64,000 nt of DNA from Verrucomicrobiota bacterium (GTDB taxonomy: Bacteria > Verrucomicrobiota > Verrucomicrobiia > Limisphaerales > JACPZS01). The position numbers and the translations under genes are program-made. Of this stretch, positions 35,285 through 44,337 are shown one piece after another. The notes beneath the pieces were generated by a model. That model was not told the DNA's origin. It saw only the letters and a program-made list of their open reading frames with translations, and made no database searches. The number at the start of each line of letters is the position of its first letter. Position 1 is the first letter of the stretch. The stretch spans positions 5,885-69,884 of the forward strand of contig JACPZS010000034.1 in the NCBI GenBank assembly GCA_016195385.1. Reading direction: 5' to 3'.

Positions 35285-35638
35285 ATGGAAATTGCCTCTC
35301 CCATCCGCGTGGTGAAAGCCAGCGAACTTTCGTTGGATCAGTTGGCGCGCGATGGGCAGGTGAACGAGACGGCGAAAATCGAGGAAGTAAGCCGACAGTT
35401 CGAGGCGCTGCTGTTGCGGCAAATCCTGCAGAGCGCCCACGCCGTTTCCGGCGCGGTCACTGACAAAAAGAGTTCCACGGTGAATGGCATTTACGAAGAC
35501 CTCGCCACGGCCCAGCTCGCCGACGCGATGACGAGCAAGGGCGCGGGTGGACTTGGCCTGGGCCAGTCACTGGCGCGCCAATTGGGAGCCCAACTGGCGG
35601 GGACAAAAGCGTTGGCTGAAAGTGTTTCCGATGATTAG
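35285..35638 (+). CDS. flgJ: rod-binding protein (FlgJ N-terminal domain only; no muramidase domain)
   Basis: This 117-aa ORF has the Rod_binding-type motif 'EEVSRQFEALLLRQILQSA' and the C-terminal 'GGLGLGQSLARQL'. It sits between flgI and flgN/flgK. Confidence 0.65.
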   Translation: MEIASPIRVVKASELSLDQLARDGQVNETAKIEEVSRQFEALLLRQILQSAHAVSGAVTDKKSSTVNGIYEDLATAQLADAMTSKGAGGLGLGQSLARQLGAQLAGTKALAESVSDD

Positions 35639-36158
35639 CGAAACTCGAATCTCTTATCCCATGACAGGTGAACTAAACGAATTGATCGATGCATTGCGTG
35701 ACGAATTGAAGCAATACGGCGAGATGCTGGCGTTGCTGGACCACCAGCAGGAATTGGTCGTGTCACGCGCGCCGGATGAACTTTTGCGGACGGTTGCGGC
35801 CATCAACACGCAGAGCGGCGTCATCCAGGCCGCGCGCGCTCAGCGAGAGCGCCACCTGCAGGAGCTGGCGCGAGCCGTTGCCCTCCCGGCGGGGGTGGCG
35901 TTTGCGGATTTGTTTCGCGCCCTGCCGGCAGACTACCGGCCGCTGCTCAAGGCGCTGGTGGACGAGAACAACGAACTGCTCGCGCGCGTGCGCCAGCGGG
36001 CGCGGCAGAATCACCTGTTGCTCAGTCGTTCGATGGATCTGCTGCAACGGCTCATCGCAACGCTCGTGCCAATGGGACGCACCACGACTTACAACGAAAC
36101 CGGCGGTTTGCTTGCGCCACCGCTGCCCAGCCGGATTCTTTACGAAGCGGTTGGTTGA
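35631..36158 (+). CDS. FlgN-like flagellar export chaperone
   Basis: It is all-helical with a heptad-like N-terminus, 'LNELIDALRDELKQYGEMLALLDHQQELVVSRAPDELL'. It lies immediately upstream of flgK-flgL, and its start overlaps the flgJ-like stop (ATGATTAG). The call rests on position and composition. Confidence 0.5.
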   Translation: MISETRISYPMTGELNELIDALRDELKQYGEMLALLDHQQELVVSRAPDELLRTVAAINTQSGVIQAARAQRERHLQELARAVALPAGVAFADLFRALPADYRPLLKALVDENNELLARVRQRARQNHLLLSRSMDLLQRLIATLVPMGRTTTYNETGGLLAPPLPSRILYEAVG

Positions 36159-36192
36159 AACTGCGGCCTAATCTTTCAACGCCCAATTTATC

Positions 36193-37626
36193 ATGCTCGG
36201 CCTTTTTGGAACTTTGAGTCTCGGTCAGCGCTCCTTGCAGACTCAGCAGCAGGGGATTGAAGTCGCGGGGCATAATCTGGCCAATGTCAACAACCCCGCC
36301 TACTCGCGCCAGCGCGTGGTCATCGAAACCGGGAGCACAGTATCCACGGCCATCGGGCCGCAGGGCAATGGTGCGGATGTTTCGGGCATCGAGCAGATGC
36401 GCAATGTGCTGATGGACCAGCAGATTCAATCCGAATTGAGCGTGATGGGCTTCCAGGAGAAGAAGCAGGCCGCGCTACAGTACGCGGAGTCGAACCTCGG
36501 GCAGCAGATTGACCGCAATTACGCCGGGGCGAACAGCGCGAATGCGGCGCAAGGCGTCGGCGCCCAGCAAACGATTGACGAAGGGCTGTCGGATTTGTTC
36601 GCCAGTTTTCAAAGTGTCGCCACCAGTCCCACTTCTCTGGCGGAACGGCAGGTCTTGACGCAAAAAGCGCAGGGGCTGGCCAACGAATTCAATCAAGTGA
36701 ATCAGCGGCTGACTCAATTGCGCACTTACCTCGATGACACCCTGCGCAGTGACGTGGGCGCGGCCAATCAACTCATTGGACAAATTGCCAACCTGAACGA
36801 CAAAATCATCACCACGGAATCCGGCGCGACGGGGCAGGCCAACGATTTGCGCGATGAACGTCAGGCGAAGATTGAAGCGCTCTCCAAATTGGTTCCCATG
36901 CAGACCACTCCTACTGCCGCGGGCGACGTTGATATCACCATCGGCGGCGTGGCGATGGTGACCGGCGGCAAGGTGTTGGATCAACTCGAAGCGTACGATG
37001 CCGGCGGAGGCAGCTTTATGGTGCGCTCACAAACGAGCCAGAGCGCATTGTCGCTTTCAGGCAATGGCGGTCTGGCGGGAACCATCGACGCGCGGGATGG
37101 CACGGTCGCCAACATGCAAAAGGATCTCAATACCCTCGCGACGACGATCATTAGCCAGGTCAACGCCATCCATCAAGGCGGCTTCAGCTTGACCGGCTCG
37201 ACGGGAGCAAATTTTTTCGTCGGCACGGACGCCGGGAGCATCCAGGTCAACAACGCGCTCGTTGTCGATCCATCGTTGATCCAGGCCAGCGGCACGACCG
37301 GAGTCGTGGGGGACAACACCGTCGCACTCAAGCTGGCCCAGCTCGCCGACGCAAGTCAGGCTGCACTGAATAACCAGACCTTCAGTCAAAGCTACCAAAA
37401 AACCGTGGCCGCGATGGGTGAGGATTTGGCGCGCGCGAACAGCGACGTGGGCAGCCAGCAGGCCGTGCAAAGCCTTCTCCTCCGGCAACGCGATTCCTTG
37501 AGCGGCGTTTCTTTGGACGACGAGATGACCGATTTGATGAAGTATCAGAAAGCCTTTGCCGCGTCGGCGAAATTGATCACCACCATCGACCAAATGTTGG
37601 ACACCGTGCTGATGATGAAACAATAA
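36193..37626 (+). CDS. flgK: flagellar hook-associated protein 1 FlgK
   Basis: The N-terminus reads 'GLFGTLSLGQRSLQTQQQGIEVAGHNLANVNNPAYSRQR'. The C-terminus reads 'SGVSLDDEMTDLMKYQKAFAASAKLITTIDQMLDTVL'. Confidence 0.87.
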   Translation: MLGLFGTLSLGQRSLQTQQQGIEVAGHNLANVNNPAYSRQRVVIETGSTVSTAIGPQGNGADVSGIEQMRNVLMDQQIQSELSVMGFQEKKQAALQYAESNLGQQIDRNYAGANSANAAQGVGAQQTIDEGLSDLFASFQSVATSPTSLAERQVLTQKAQGLANEFNQVNQRLTQLRTYLDDTLRSDVGAANQLIGQIANLNDKIITTESGATGQANDLRDERQAKIEALSKLVPMQTTPTAAGDVDITIGGVAMVTGGKVLDQLEAYDAGGGSFMVRSQTSQSALSLSGNGGLAGTIDARDGTVANMQKDLNTLATTIISQVNAIHQGGFSLTGSTGANFFVGTDAGSIQVNNALVVDPSLIQASGTTGVVGDNTVALKLAQLADASQAALNNQTFSQSYQKTVAAMGEDLARANSDVGSQQAVQSLLLRQRDSLSGVSLDDEMTDLMKYQKAFAASAKLITTIDQMLDTVLMMKQ

Positions 37627-37665
37627 CCGGCGCGCGAGCGCGCCCAACCGAATGAGGAACTTGCC

Positions 37666-38601
37666 ATGCGTGTAACTGCCAACACTTTTCCGGACAGCTT
37701 GGTCACTCAATTGAACAACCTGGCCACCCAACAGAACCGCTTGCAAAACCAGGCGGCGACCGGCCAGCGCATCCAGTTGCCCGAGGACGATCCTTCGGCG
37801 ATGCGGCGCGTCATGGATTTGCAGACGGAGAGCAAGGCGCTCCAACAATACCGCAGCAACATCGCTACGCTGCAAGAGCAGAGCAATGCCTCGTTCGCGG
37901 TCATCAAACAGCTCAAACAAGTTTCCGATCGCGCCGGGGAAATCGCCACCTTGGCGGATGGCATTAAGTCGCCGCTCGAACTCAAAACTTACGCCACCGA
38001 AATTTCGCAATTGATTCAAGCCGCTGTGCAATACGCCAACTCGCAGCACCACGGCGATTACATGTTTGCGGGCACCAAGAGCAACACGCCGCCGTTCGCG
38101 GCGACCATGGATTCGAGTGGCCAGATCACGGGCGTCACCTATCAGGGCAACGATCAGCTAGCCCACGCGGAAATCGCCAAAGGAGTCACCGTCGCCGCGT
38201 TTACCGTCGGCGCCAACACCACTGGCAGCGGGCCGCGCGGGTTGATTTCCGACAGCCGCACCGGGGCGGACTTTTTCCAACACTTGATCGATTTGCAAAA
38301 GCACCTGCAAGCGGGCGACACCAAATCCATCTCCGCGCAAGACCAGGCGCAGTTGGCCAAGGACGAGGATAACTTCCTATACCACGTCGGTGAGACCGGG
38401 GCTACCCAAAGCCGGCTCAATGACTCGGCGACCATCCACCAAAACCGCGGGCAGTCCATTGAAACGCTGGTTTCCAAGGAAGTGGACGCGGACATGGCGC
38501 AGACGCTGGTTCGGCTCAACGAAAGCCAGACCGCCTATAAAGCTGCTCTCCAAAGCGGCAGCACCATGCTGCAAATCTCGCTGCTGGATTTCCTCAGGTG
38601 A
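37666..38601 (+). CDS. flgL: flagellar hook-associated protein 3 FlgL
   Basis: It has the flagellin-type N-terminus 'MRVTANTFPDSLVTQLNNLATQQNRLQNQAATGQRI' and the C-terminus 'DADMAQTLVRLNESQTAYKAALQSGSTMLQISLLDFL'. It follows flgK. Confidence 0.8.
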   Translation: MRVTANTFPDSLVTQLNNLATQQNRLQNQAATGQRIQLPEDDPSAMRRVMDLQTESKALQQYRSNIATLQEQSNASFAVIKQLKQVSDRAGEIATLADGIKSPLELKTYATEISQLIQAAVQYANSQHHGDYMFAGTKSNTPPFAATMDSSGQITGVTYQGNDQLAHAEIAKGVTVAAFTVGANTTGSGPRGLISDSRTGADFFQHLIDLQKHLQAGDTKSISAQDQAQLAKDEDNFLYHVGETGATQSRLNDSATIHQNRGQSIETLVSKEVDADMAQTLVRLNESQTAYKAALQSGSTMLQISLLDFLR

Positions 38602-38758
38602 TGTCCATCACGGCGCAATTCTCAGGTTAATTGGTGAAACTCTCAACCGCTCTCATCCGCTGGGAGGACTGGCGTGAGCGTTCCCTAAAACATTCACACT
38701 GAACCTTTGAATCGATCCGCGGCGGAGACAGCGACGGCGCGTTCCTGGTCGTCGGCCG

Positions 38759-39397
38759 TCATGTGAAAACCCAATCATTCGCCTCGAGCACGTCGCGCAG
38801 TTCCTCGAGATGTGCCACCATCAGATCAGGCCCGCTCGTTTGCAATTGTTCCCGCCGCGAGTAACCGGTGAGCACCGCGCACGAAAACACGCCGCCATGT
38901 TTTGCGGTTTCGATGTCATGCTGCATGTCACCGATGAAGAGCGTCTCCACCGGTGCCAGTTGATTCTCCTTGAGCAGCTCCAGGATGGCGGGCCGTTTGT
39001 CCGGCACGCCGAGATACGGACGCCCGATGAACGCTCCGAAACCGGTCCGCTCCGCCTGCGGCTCGTAGTGAACTGCGGGAAGCGCGCTCAACAGAAACGT
39101 CCTGATCTTCCGCTCACGACAGAGTTCCAGAAACGGCCGTGCGTGCGGCAGCGGCTCCACCTCGTCCTGCACCTGTCGGAAGCGCTCATGGAACCATTCC
39201 TGCACCTGCGCCATCGAAACGCCCGGCGGATGCTGATCGAAAAATTTCTGAATCGGGAGACAGATTTCCTGGCGAAAATTTTCGAGTGTGAACGGCTCCT
39301 TCCCGGAGCGCACGAAGACATGATTGATCGCTTTCCAGACGGCCGGCAAATCATCCACCAACGTCCCCGACCAATCGAAGATAATGTTCCGAATCAT
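38759..39397 (-). CDS. HAD-superfamily hydrolase (phosphoglycolate phosphatase-like, subfamily IA)
   Basis: Motif I is 'IIFDWSGTLVDD', motif III is 'GVPDKRP' and motif IV is 'FIGDMQHDIETAKHGG'. Confidence 0.8.
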   Translation of the reverse strand: MIRNIIFDWSGTLVDDLPAVWKAINHVFVRSGKEPFTLENFRQEICLPIQKFFDQHPPGVSMAQVQEWFHERFRQVQDEVEPLPHARPFLELCRERKIRTFLLSALPAVHYEPQAERTGFGAFIGRPYLGVPDKRPAILELLKENQLAPVETLFIGDMQHDIETAKHGGVFSCAVLTGYSRREQLQTSGPDLMVAHLEELRDVLEANDWVFT

Positions 39398-39422
39398 CGG
39401 TCCGCAGCTTAGTCACTCGCCG

Positions 39423-41162
39423 TTACTTTTTCTCCGCTATCGCTGATTTCAAGACCTTCAAATCAAAGTCTTCCCAAGGAAGCATGCCGAGGTTGCCCTC
39501 GAATTCTCCCGCCACCGGCGCGCCCTCGGCCATGCCGGTTTGCTTCAGATTCAAGTTGCCGGTGCTGGAAAATGCCAGGAGCCGGAAATCATCCTGCTCG
39601 AAATGCCCGGCGAGCAACGTGACGCCGGTTTCATTGGGTTTGAATGCTTGAGTGCCGCTCCGAAACAACTTGGCGGGTGTGCTGATCGCCAGATGGATCG
39701 GCACTGACACTCCGGTGAAAGAACCGGTCAGCACGACGCTGGCGTTGCCCGGAGTTCTCATGTCCGGACCCGCTCTGAGTTCGGTAAATGTCCCAGAATA
39801 GTGGCGACCATAAAAATCGAGCTCGACTTGCGCCGTGCCGTAATTTCCGGGCGGGCGGAAAAAATTCGTCGTCCAGGTGGTCGAGAAACTTACTTTGGCC
39901 TTGGCCACGTCTTCAAAAACAACGGCCCGCCTCAAAGGATAATTCCAGGCTTGGGCTGGTTGAGCGAGCTCCGCTTCGATGGCTGACCGGCGGCTCGCGA
40001 TAAATTTCCTCACCCCGGCGAGAGATCTTTTCACCATCGGTTCGGGCAAGGATACACTTCCGCGCAGCAGGTTTTCCATGCGATCCACTTCGGCCTGCAG
40101 TTTCTTCTCGTTCCAGACCGTCGTCAGCAGCTCTTTCATGCGCCGGCGATAACGCTCTTGGGTCTCGGGATGGTTGTAGAGGCGGCGCGTCAGGGTGCTG
40201 ACCGCCAGGACCAAAGCGGGCGGTTGGAAAGGCACGAAAGAGTGCGTGCTGCCAAACGTCGCGTCCGGCCCCCACGGGATGAAGCGCAGCTTCCCGGACT
40301 TCGGGTCATGATAAATGAAAGTGTTGTTCTGATGCCCCGCGAAGCCATCCCAATGATTGATAAGGCTCTCCACCGCCCAGAAGTTGATGAATGCGTCCAC
40401 GTCCAGCGCGCGGCCCAGCTTCTCCAGCAGTTCGGCATCCTTGCTCTGCAACGCCTCCGCCACGGCGGTCAACTCCGCCCGGCTTGCCTGCCCGTTCTCG
40501 TTCTTCTTCTGGAAAGTTTCGATCCAGCCGGGGCGAAAATCGCTCAAAGCCGCTTCGTAAAGATTTCCTTTGTGATTGTCGAAGTGCCGGTCGAGAAACT
40601 CATCGTCGATGCGGTCGATGTGCGAGTAGGTGCCGAGATCGTGGCCGTTGATTTTCACTCGCGCAAAGTTGCAGCGCGGCGCGGGCACGCCGGCCGCCGT
40701 GAATACTTGATAGGCGAGCGCCTGCCGAACCTGCGATGGATCCTGTTGGTTGTTATGGAGCTTGAGGCGCTTCACTCCGCCGAACTGGTTCTTCTTCTTA
40801 AAATGGGCCAGATCGATGTTAAGCGCCGGACGATCCTTGCTGCTCGATCCGAAGAATCCCCGTTTGCGCACGCCGACTTTGGCGAAACGCACGCCGTCGA
40901 TGGTGACCTCGCCTTCGAACCACGAGTAAGGCCGTTCCGCAGTGTGTTCGAGTCGATCCTTGCTGAACTCCAGGGCCGGATCCCGCGCTTGGTTGCGCAT
41001 GCGTTCCCATTCAGCAGCCGGCAGAGTGATGGAAATGTCCAGGACATGATCCGGGGCAAACGGATCAACCGTCGTCGGCTCGGCGGCCTGGCTACCAACA
41101 ACCAGAGTCAGGAGGCCGGCAAGTGCCAGCCAGATTCGTTTTGCTTCGCGAAGTGGATACAT
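39423..41162 (-). CDS. secreted CotH kinase-family protein
   Basis: From MYPLRE it has a signal peptide. The CotH-type core reads 'LKLHNNQQDPSQVRQALAYQVFTAAGVPAPRCNFARVKINGHDLGTYSHIDRIDDEFLDRHF...GNLYE' and 'NHWDGFAGHQNNTFIYHDPKSGKLRFIPWGPD'. Confidence 0.8.
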   Translation of the reverse strand: MYPLREAKRIWLALAGLLTLVVGSQAAEPTTVDPFAPDHVLDISITLPAAEWERMRNQARDPALEFSKDRLEHTAERPYSWFEGEVTIDGVRFAKVGVRKRGFFGSSSKDRPALNIDLAHFKKKNQFGGVKRLKLHNNQQDPSQVRQALAYQVFTAAGVPAPRCNFARVKINGHDLGTYSHIDRIDDEFLDRHFDNHKGNLYEAALSDFRPGWIETFQKKNENGQASRAELTAVAEALQSKDAELLEKLGRALDVDAFINFWAVESLINHWDGFAGHQNNTFIYHDPKSGKLRFIPWGPDATFGSTHSFVPFQPPALVLAVSTLTRRLYNHPETQERYRRRMKELLTTVWNEKKLQAEVDRMENLLRGSVSLPEPMVKRSLAGVRKFIASRRSAIEAELAQPAQAWNYPLRRAVVFEDVAKAKVSFSTTWTTNFFRPPGNYGTAQVELDFYGRHYSGTFTELRAGPDMRTPGNASVVLTGSFTGVSVPIHLAISTPAKLFRSGTQAFKPNETGVTLLAGHFEQDDFRLLAFSSTGNLNLKQTGMAEGAPVAGEFEGNLGMLPWEDFDLKVLKSAIAEKK

Positions 41163-41266
41163 CGCGGCATCTTCTTGGATGCCAAACTCAATTGCCAGAA
41201 AATTGAAACAATGAGACTTGCTCAGGCGCACATCGGGTTTTGCATCGTGGTCGGTTCAGGCAACTG

Positions 41267-41482
41267 AGTCCCGCAGGGACGATCGAGAATAGCCCAGCGA
41301 TTTATCGCTGTGGGGCGCGACCCCAGCCACATCAGTCCCGCAGGGACGAACGAGCTTTTTCTTCAAACGCCCGCGTTCTGTCGTCCCTCCGGGACTTGCA
41401 TTTTTTCGGTCTCGTCATCCCAGCGATGATTCGCTGGGTTATTTTCTTTCGCCCTTCGGGCTGGTCGCCTCCGGCCCGAAAG
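41267..41482. repeat. hairpin-rich composite intergenic repeat element
   Basis: Motif X, aGTCCCgcaGGGACga, occurs at 41267-41282 and 41334-41349, with an inverted variant tcGTCCCtccGGGAC at 41381-41395. Motif Y, CCCAGCGA-nnnn-TCGCTG(n)GG, occurs at 41293-41314 and 41419-41438. There are also GCCCttcGGGC (41451-41461) and TTCGGGC/GCCCGAA pairing. Confidence 0.55.
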
Positions 41483-41579
41483 TCTGCAAAAAACTAATTT
41501 GCGCACGTGGCCCAATCCGCTCCCGGCGAATGGACCAAACCTGTTGAGTGCCTCCGACGATTCCGCTTAAATTCCGCGC

Positions 41580-42968
41580 ATGAAATTTCACTGCCTGCTT
41601 TTTGCCGCGTTCATCAGCATCGCCTGTGCGGCGGAATCGCTCGATGTAAAACAGACCGACACCTTCCGCCGCATTAAATCGCACCTCGACCGCGTGCCGG
41701 CCATCGACACGCACGACCACCTGAAGCCCTTCGCCATCCTGCAAGGCTCGGTGCGCACGGAGGCAGGCGTCGGGATGACGCTGTTCTCGCTTTGGAACAG
41801 CAGCTACTTTACCTGGATCAATCCGGTCACGAGCTGGCCGGCGAACGGGCGGTTCGACGATTGGTGGCCCAAGGCAAAAAACGATTTCGTCAACGCCCGC
41901 GCCACCAGTTTCTATCGCTACCAACTGCCCGCGTTCACCGATCTATACGGCGTGGACTTCGAGGCCATCACGGATGCGCAGGCGCGCGACTTGAACCGCC
42001 GCATCTTCGCCAACTACCAGAGTGAGGATTGGATTTACGAAGTGGTCACCGAGCGCGCCAACATCGAGCTGATGTTCAACGATCCGTATTGGGACCGGCT
42101 TGCGCGCACGAACTATTATTCTTTCGGGGTCGCGGTCCTGAATGTGACCCGCCTGCTGCGCGGTTTTCATCCGTCGGAATACGCGGCGGAAGTGGACTCG
42201 CCTTTCCGCTACGCGCGGGAAGAAAAGTTGCCGACCGAGACGCTGGATGACTATCTGGCCGTCATCGAACACTTCCTGAAAGCCGGCAAGGCGGCGGGAG
42301 CGGTGTGCCTCAAGACCACGACCGCTTACGAGCGCACGCTGCAATTTGATCGCGTGCCGAAGGAACGTGCGGCGCTCGTTTATGGCCGTCCCAAGTCGAA
42401 GCTCACCGACGCCGAAGTGAAGGAGTTCGAGGACTTCGTTATGTGGCAGCTTGCGGAGTTGAGTGCGAAACTTGAGTTGCCGTTTCAAATCCACACCGGC
42501 CACGCGCGCATCCAAGGCTCGAATCCGATGAACTTGTTGGACCTCATCGAGGCCAATCCGCGCACAAAGTTCATCATGTTCCACGGCGGTTATCCGTGGG
42601 TTGGGGAAACCGGCGCGATCATGCAGCGGCACAGCAAGCACGTCTGGATCGATTCCGTGTGGCTGCCGACGATCAGCTACACGATGGCGAAGCGGGCTTA
42701 TCAAGAGTGGCTCGAAGTCATGCCGAGCAACCACATCATGTGGGGTGCCGACGCGCATCACGTCGAGGGCATTTACGGCGCCACCGAGTTCACTCGCCGT
42801 TGTCTGGCCGAAGCGCTCGCCGAGAAAGTGGAACGCGACGAGTTGCGCGAATCCGACGCGCTGCGCATCGGCCAGCAAGTCATGCGCGATAATGCGCTGG
42901 AATTATTTCCGCAGTTGCAAGACCGCCTGTGGAAGCACAAGGGCAAATTGAAGCCGCCGTCGAAATAA
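41580..42968 (+). CDS. secreted amidohydrolase-family (TIM-barrel metallo-hydrolase) protein
   Basis: It has the signal peptide 'MKFHCLLFAAFISIACAAE', the metal-binding-type 'AIDTHDHL' near the N-terminus, then 'FQIHTGH' and 'IMWGADAHH'. Confidence 0.7.
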   Translation: MKFHCLLFAAFISIACAAESLDVKQTDTFRRIKSHLDRVPAIDTHDHLKPFAILQGSVRTEAGVGMTLFSLWNSSYFTWINPVTSWPANGRFDDWWPKAKNDFVNARATSFYRYQLPAFTDLYGVDFEAITDAQARDLNRRIFANYQSEDWIYEVVTERANIELMFNDPYWDRLARTNYYSFGVAVLNVTRLLRGFHPSEYAAEVDSPFRYAREEKLPTETLDDYLAVIEHFLKAGKAAGAVCLKTTTAYERTLQFDRVPKERAALVYGRPKSKLTDAEVKEFEDFVMWQLAELSAKLELPFQIHTGHARIQGSNPMNLLDLIEANPRTKFIMFHGGYPWVGETGAIMQRHSKHVWIDSVWLPTISYTMAKRAYQEWLEVMPSNHIMWGADAHHVEGIYGATEFTRRCLAEALAEKVERDELRESDALRIGQQVMRDNALELFPQLQDRLWKHKGKLKPPSK

Positions 42969-42980
42969 CCCCGGCGGACC

Positions 42981-44195
42981 TCACTGGAACGTGAGGACGA
43001 CCGCCGCGGCTTTGACTTCGACTTGAGTGATCTTCAGCGCCACCGTCGATTGGAGCCGCCAGAAGGTCGCGGCGGAGGGCAGGGGAAACGTGACGGTTTG
43101 ATTGGGGTAACTTACGACCGCGTTCGTCGAGGGGAGATACGGGCCGTCCACTTTGGCGGCTTGCTCGGCCAGGACGGGATCGAGCACGCGGATTTGGCCG
43201 ATCATGCCCGTGGGATTGGCGCCGCCGCTCGAATGGAACAGGCAACGGTACGGGAACAGTCCGGCCGTGTTGAAAGTCACGCGGCAGGCGGTTGGGATCG
43301 CGTTGTTGCCACAGAAGGGATCGGCTCCGGTGCCGGTCGCGGTGTGGGTTCCTCCGATGATTTGAAAATTAACGATGTCGCCTTTCTGGACGGTTAATGA
43401 AGCGGGATTGAAGCTGAAGTCGGACACCAGCACGGTGTGCTGGTTCGCGAATGTCGGAATGACCCGAACGTCAACTTCGAAGGTATTATCGGCCTCGTTG
43501 GACTCATCGATTACCCCGGTATGATCAGTCACGAGTTGGAATTGGTGCGTGCCCACCGGGAGTTTGCCGGCGTTGAAATCTTCAATCTTGTTGAAAGTGT
43601 CCGGCGTCAGCCCATCGTGAAACCAGGACGATTTCGATACACCATCGATGACCAACTCGGTGAAAAAGCGCGGGGTGATCCCGGCGGTCAAGGAGGTGTT
43701 CGCAATCGCCCAATCGACCCAGATGTCTTGATCGTCGAAAAAATCGGGGTCGGAAATATTATTTCCGGGAGCGCGGGAGACTACCAAGGGAGCAGTCCAG
43801 CCGTTCAGGCGAAACGGCACCAAGTTTGGTTTGTCCGCAGGCACCGTGGCGACCACGGTCACCGAGCCGACCATCCCCGCCGGATTGGCCCCGCCGCTCG
43901 AATGAAACAGGCAGCGATACGGGAAAGTGCCCGGCGTGTTAAACGTGACACTGCAAGAAGTCGAGATTGCCCCATTGCCGCAAAACGGATCGGTGCCCGT
44001 GCCCGTCACCGTATGCGAGCCGCCCTGATTTTTAAAGATCACGGTATCGCCGACGTTCACAGTCAGGCTCGACGGGGTAAAAGAGTTGCTTTTAAAAATG
44101 ACAGTTTGCGTCGCTCCGAGCGTTTTGGACGCGGAGCCGAGCAGGCCCGCAAGAGTGATCATGATGACCGGCAAAGTGGCAATAGTGAGTCGCAT
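42981..44195 (-). CDS. secreted tandem cupredoxin (plastocyanin/azurin-like) protein with central CARDB-like domain
   Basis: It has a signal peptide and two near-identical modules. Module 1 reads 'GGSHTVTGTGTDPFCGN..C.VTFNTPGTFPYRCLFHSSGGANPAGM'. Module 2 reads 'GGTHTATGTGADPFCGN..C.VTFNTAGLFPYRCLFHSSGGANPTGM'. A middle domain ends in 'VIDESNEADNTFEVDV'. Confidence 0.75.
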   Translation of the reverse strand: MRLTIATLPVIMITLAGLLGSASKTLGATQTVIFKSNSFTPSSLTVNVGDTVIFKNQGGSHTVTGTGTDPFCGNGAISTSCSVTFNTPGTFPYRCLFHSSGGANPAGMVGSVTVVATVPADKPNLVPFRLNGWTAPLVVSRAPGNNISDPDFFDDQDIWVDWAIANTSLTAGITPRFFTELVIDGVSKSSWFHDGLTPDTFNKIEDFNAGKLPVGTHQFQLVTDHTGVIDESNEADNTFEVDVRVIPTFANQHTVLVSDFSFNPASLTVQKGDIVNFQIIGGTHTATGTGADPFCGNNAIPTACRVTFNTAGLFPYRCLFHSSGGANPTGMIGQIRVLDPVLAEQAAKVDGPYLPSTNAVVSYPNQTVTFPLPSAATFWRLQSTVALKITQVEVKAAAVVLTFQ

Positions 44196-44337
44196 AAATT
44201 GTTCCTAAGTGTGGATCGAATCCTAAAGTCACGGAATAATCCAGCAAGCTGAAACAGCGGCCATCAAATGCAAGTGAAAGGAAGAGGCGAAAATTTACGT
44301 TCGCAGTTTGGCGGGAGTGATGGAAGGATGCGGCCCG

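Noticed and set aside
41240-41497. An 85-aa plus-strand ORF ('...SPAGTIENSPAIYRCG...IPAMIRWVIFFRPSGW...').
   Set aside because: It is entirely composed of the hairpin repeat modules, so it is a repeat-derived pseudo-ORF rather than a gene.
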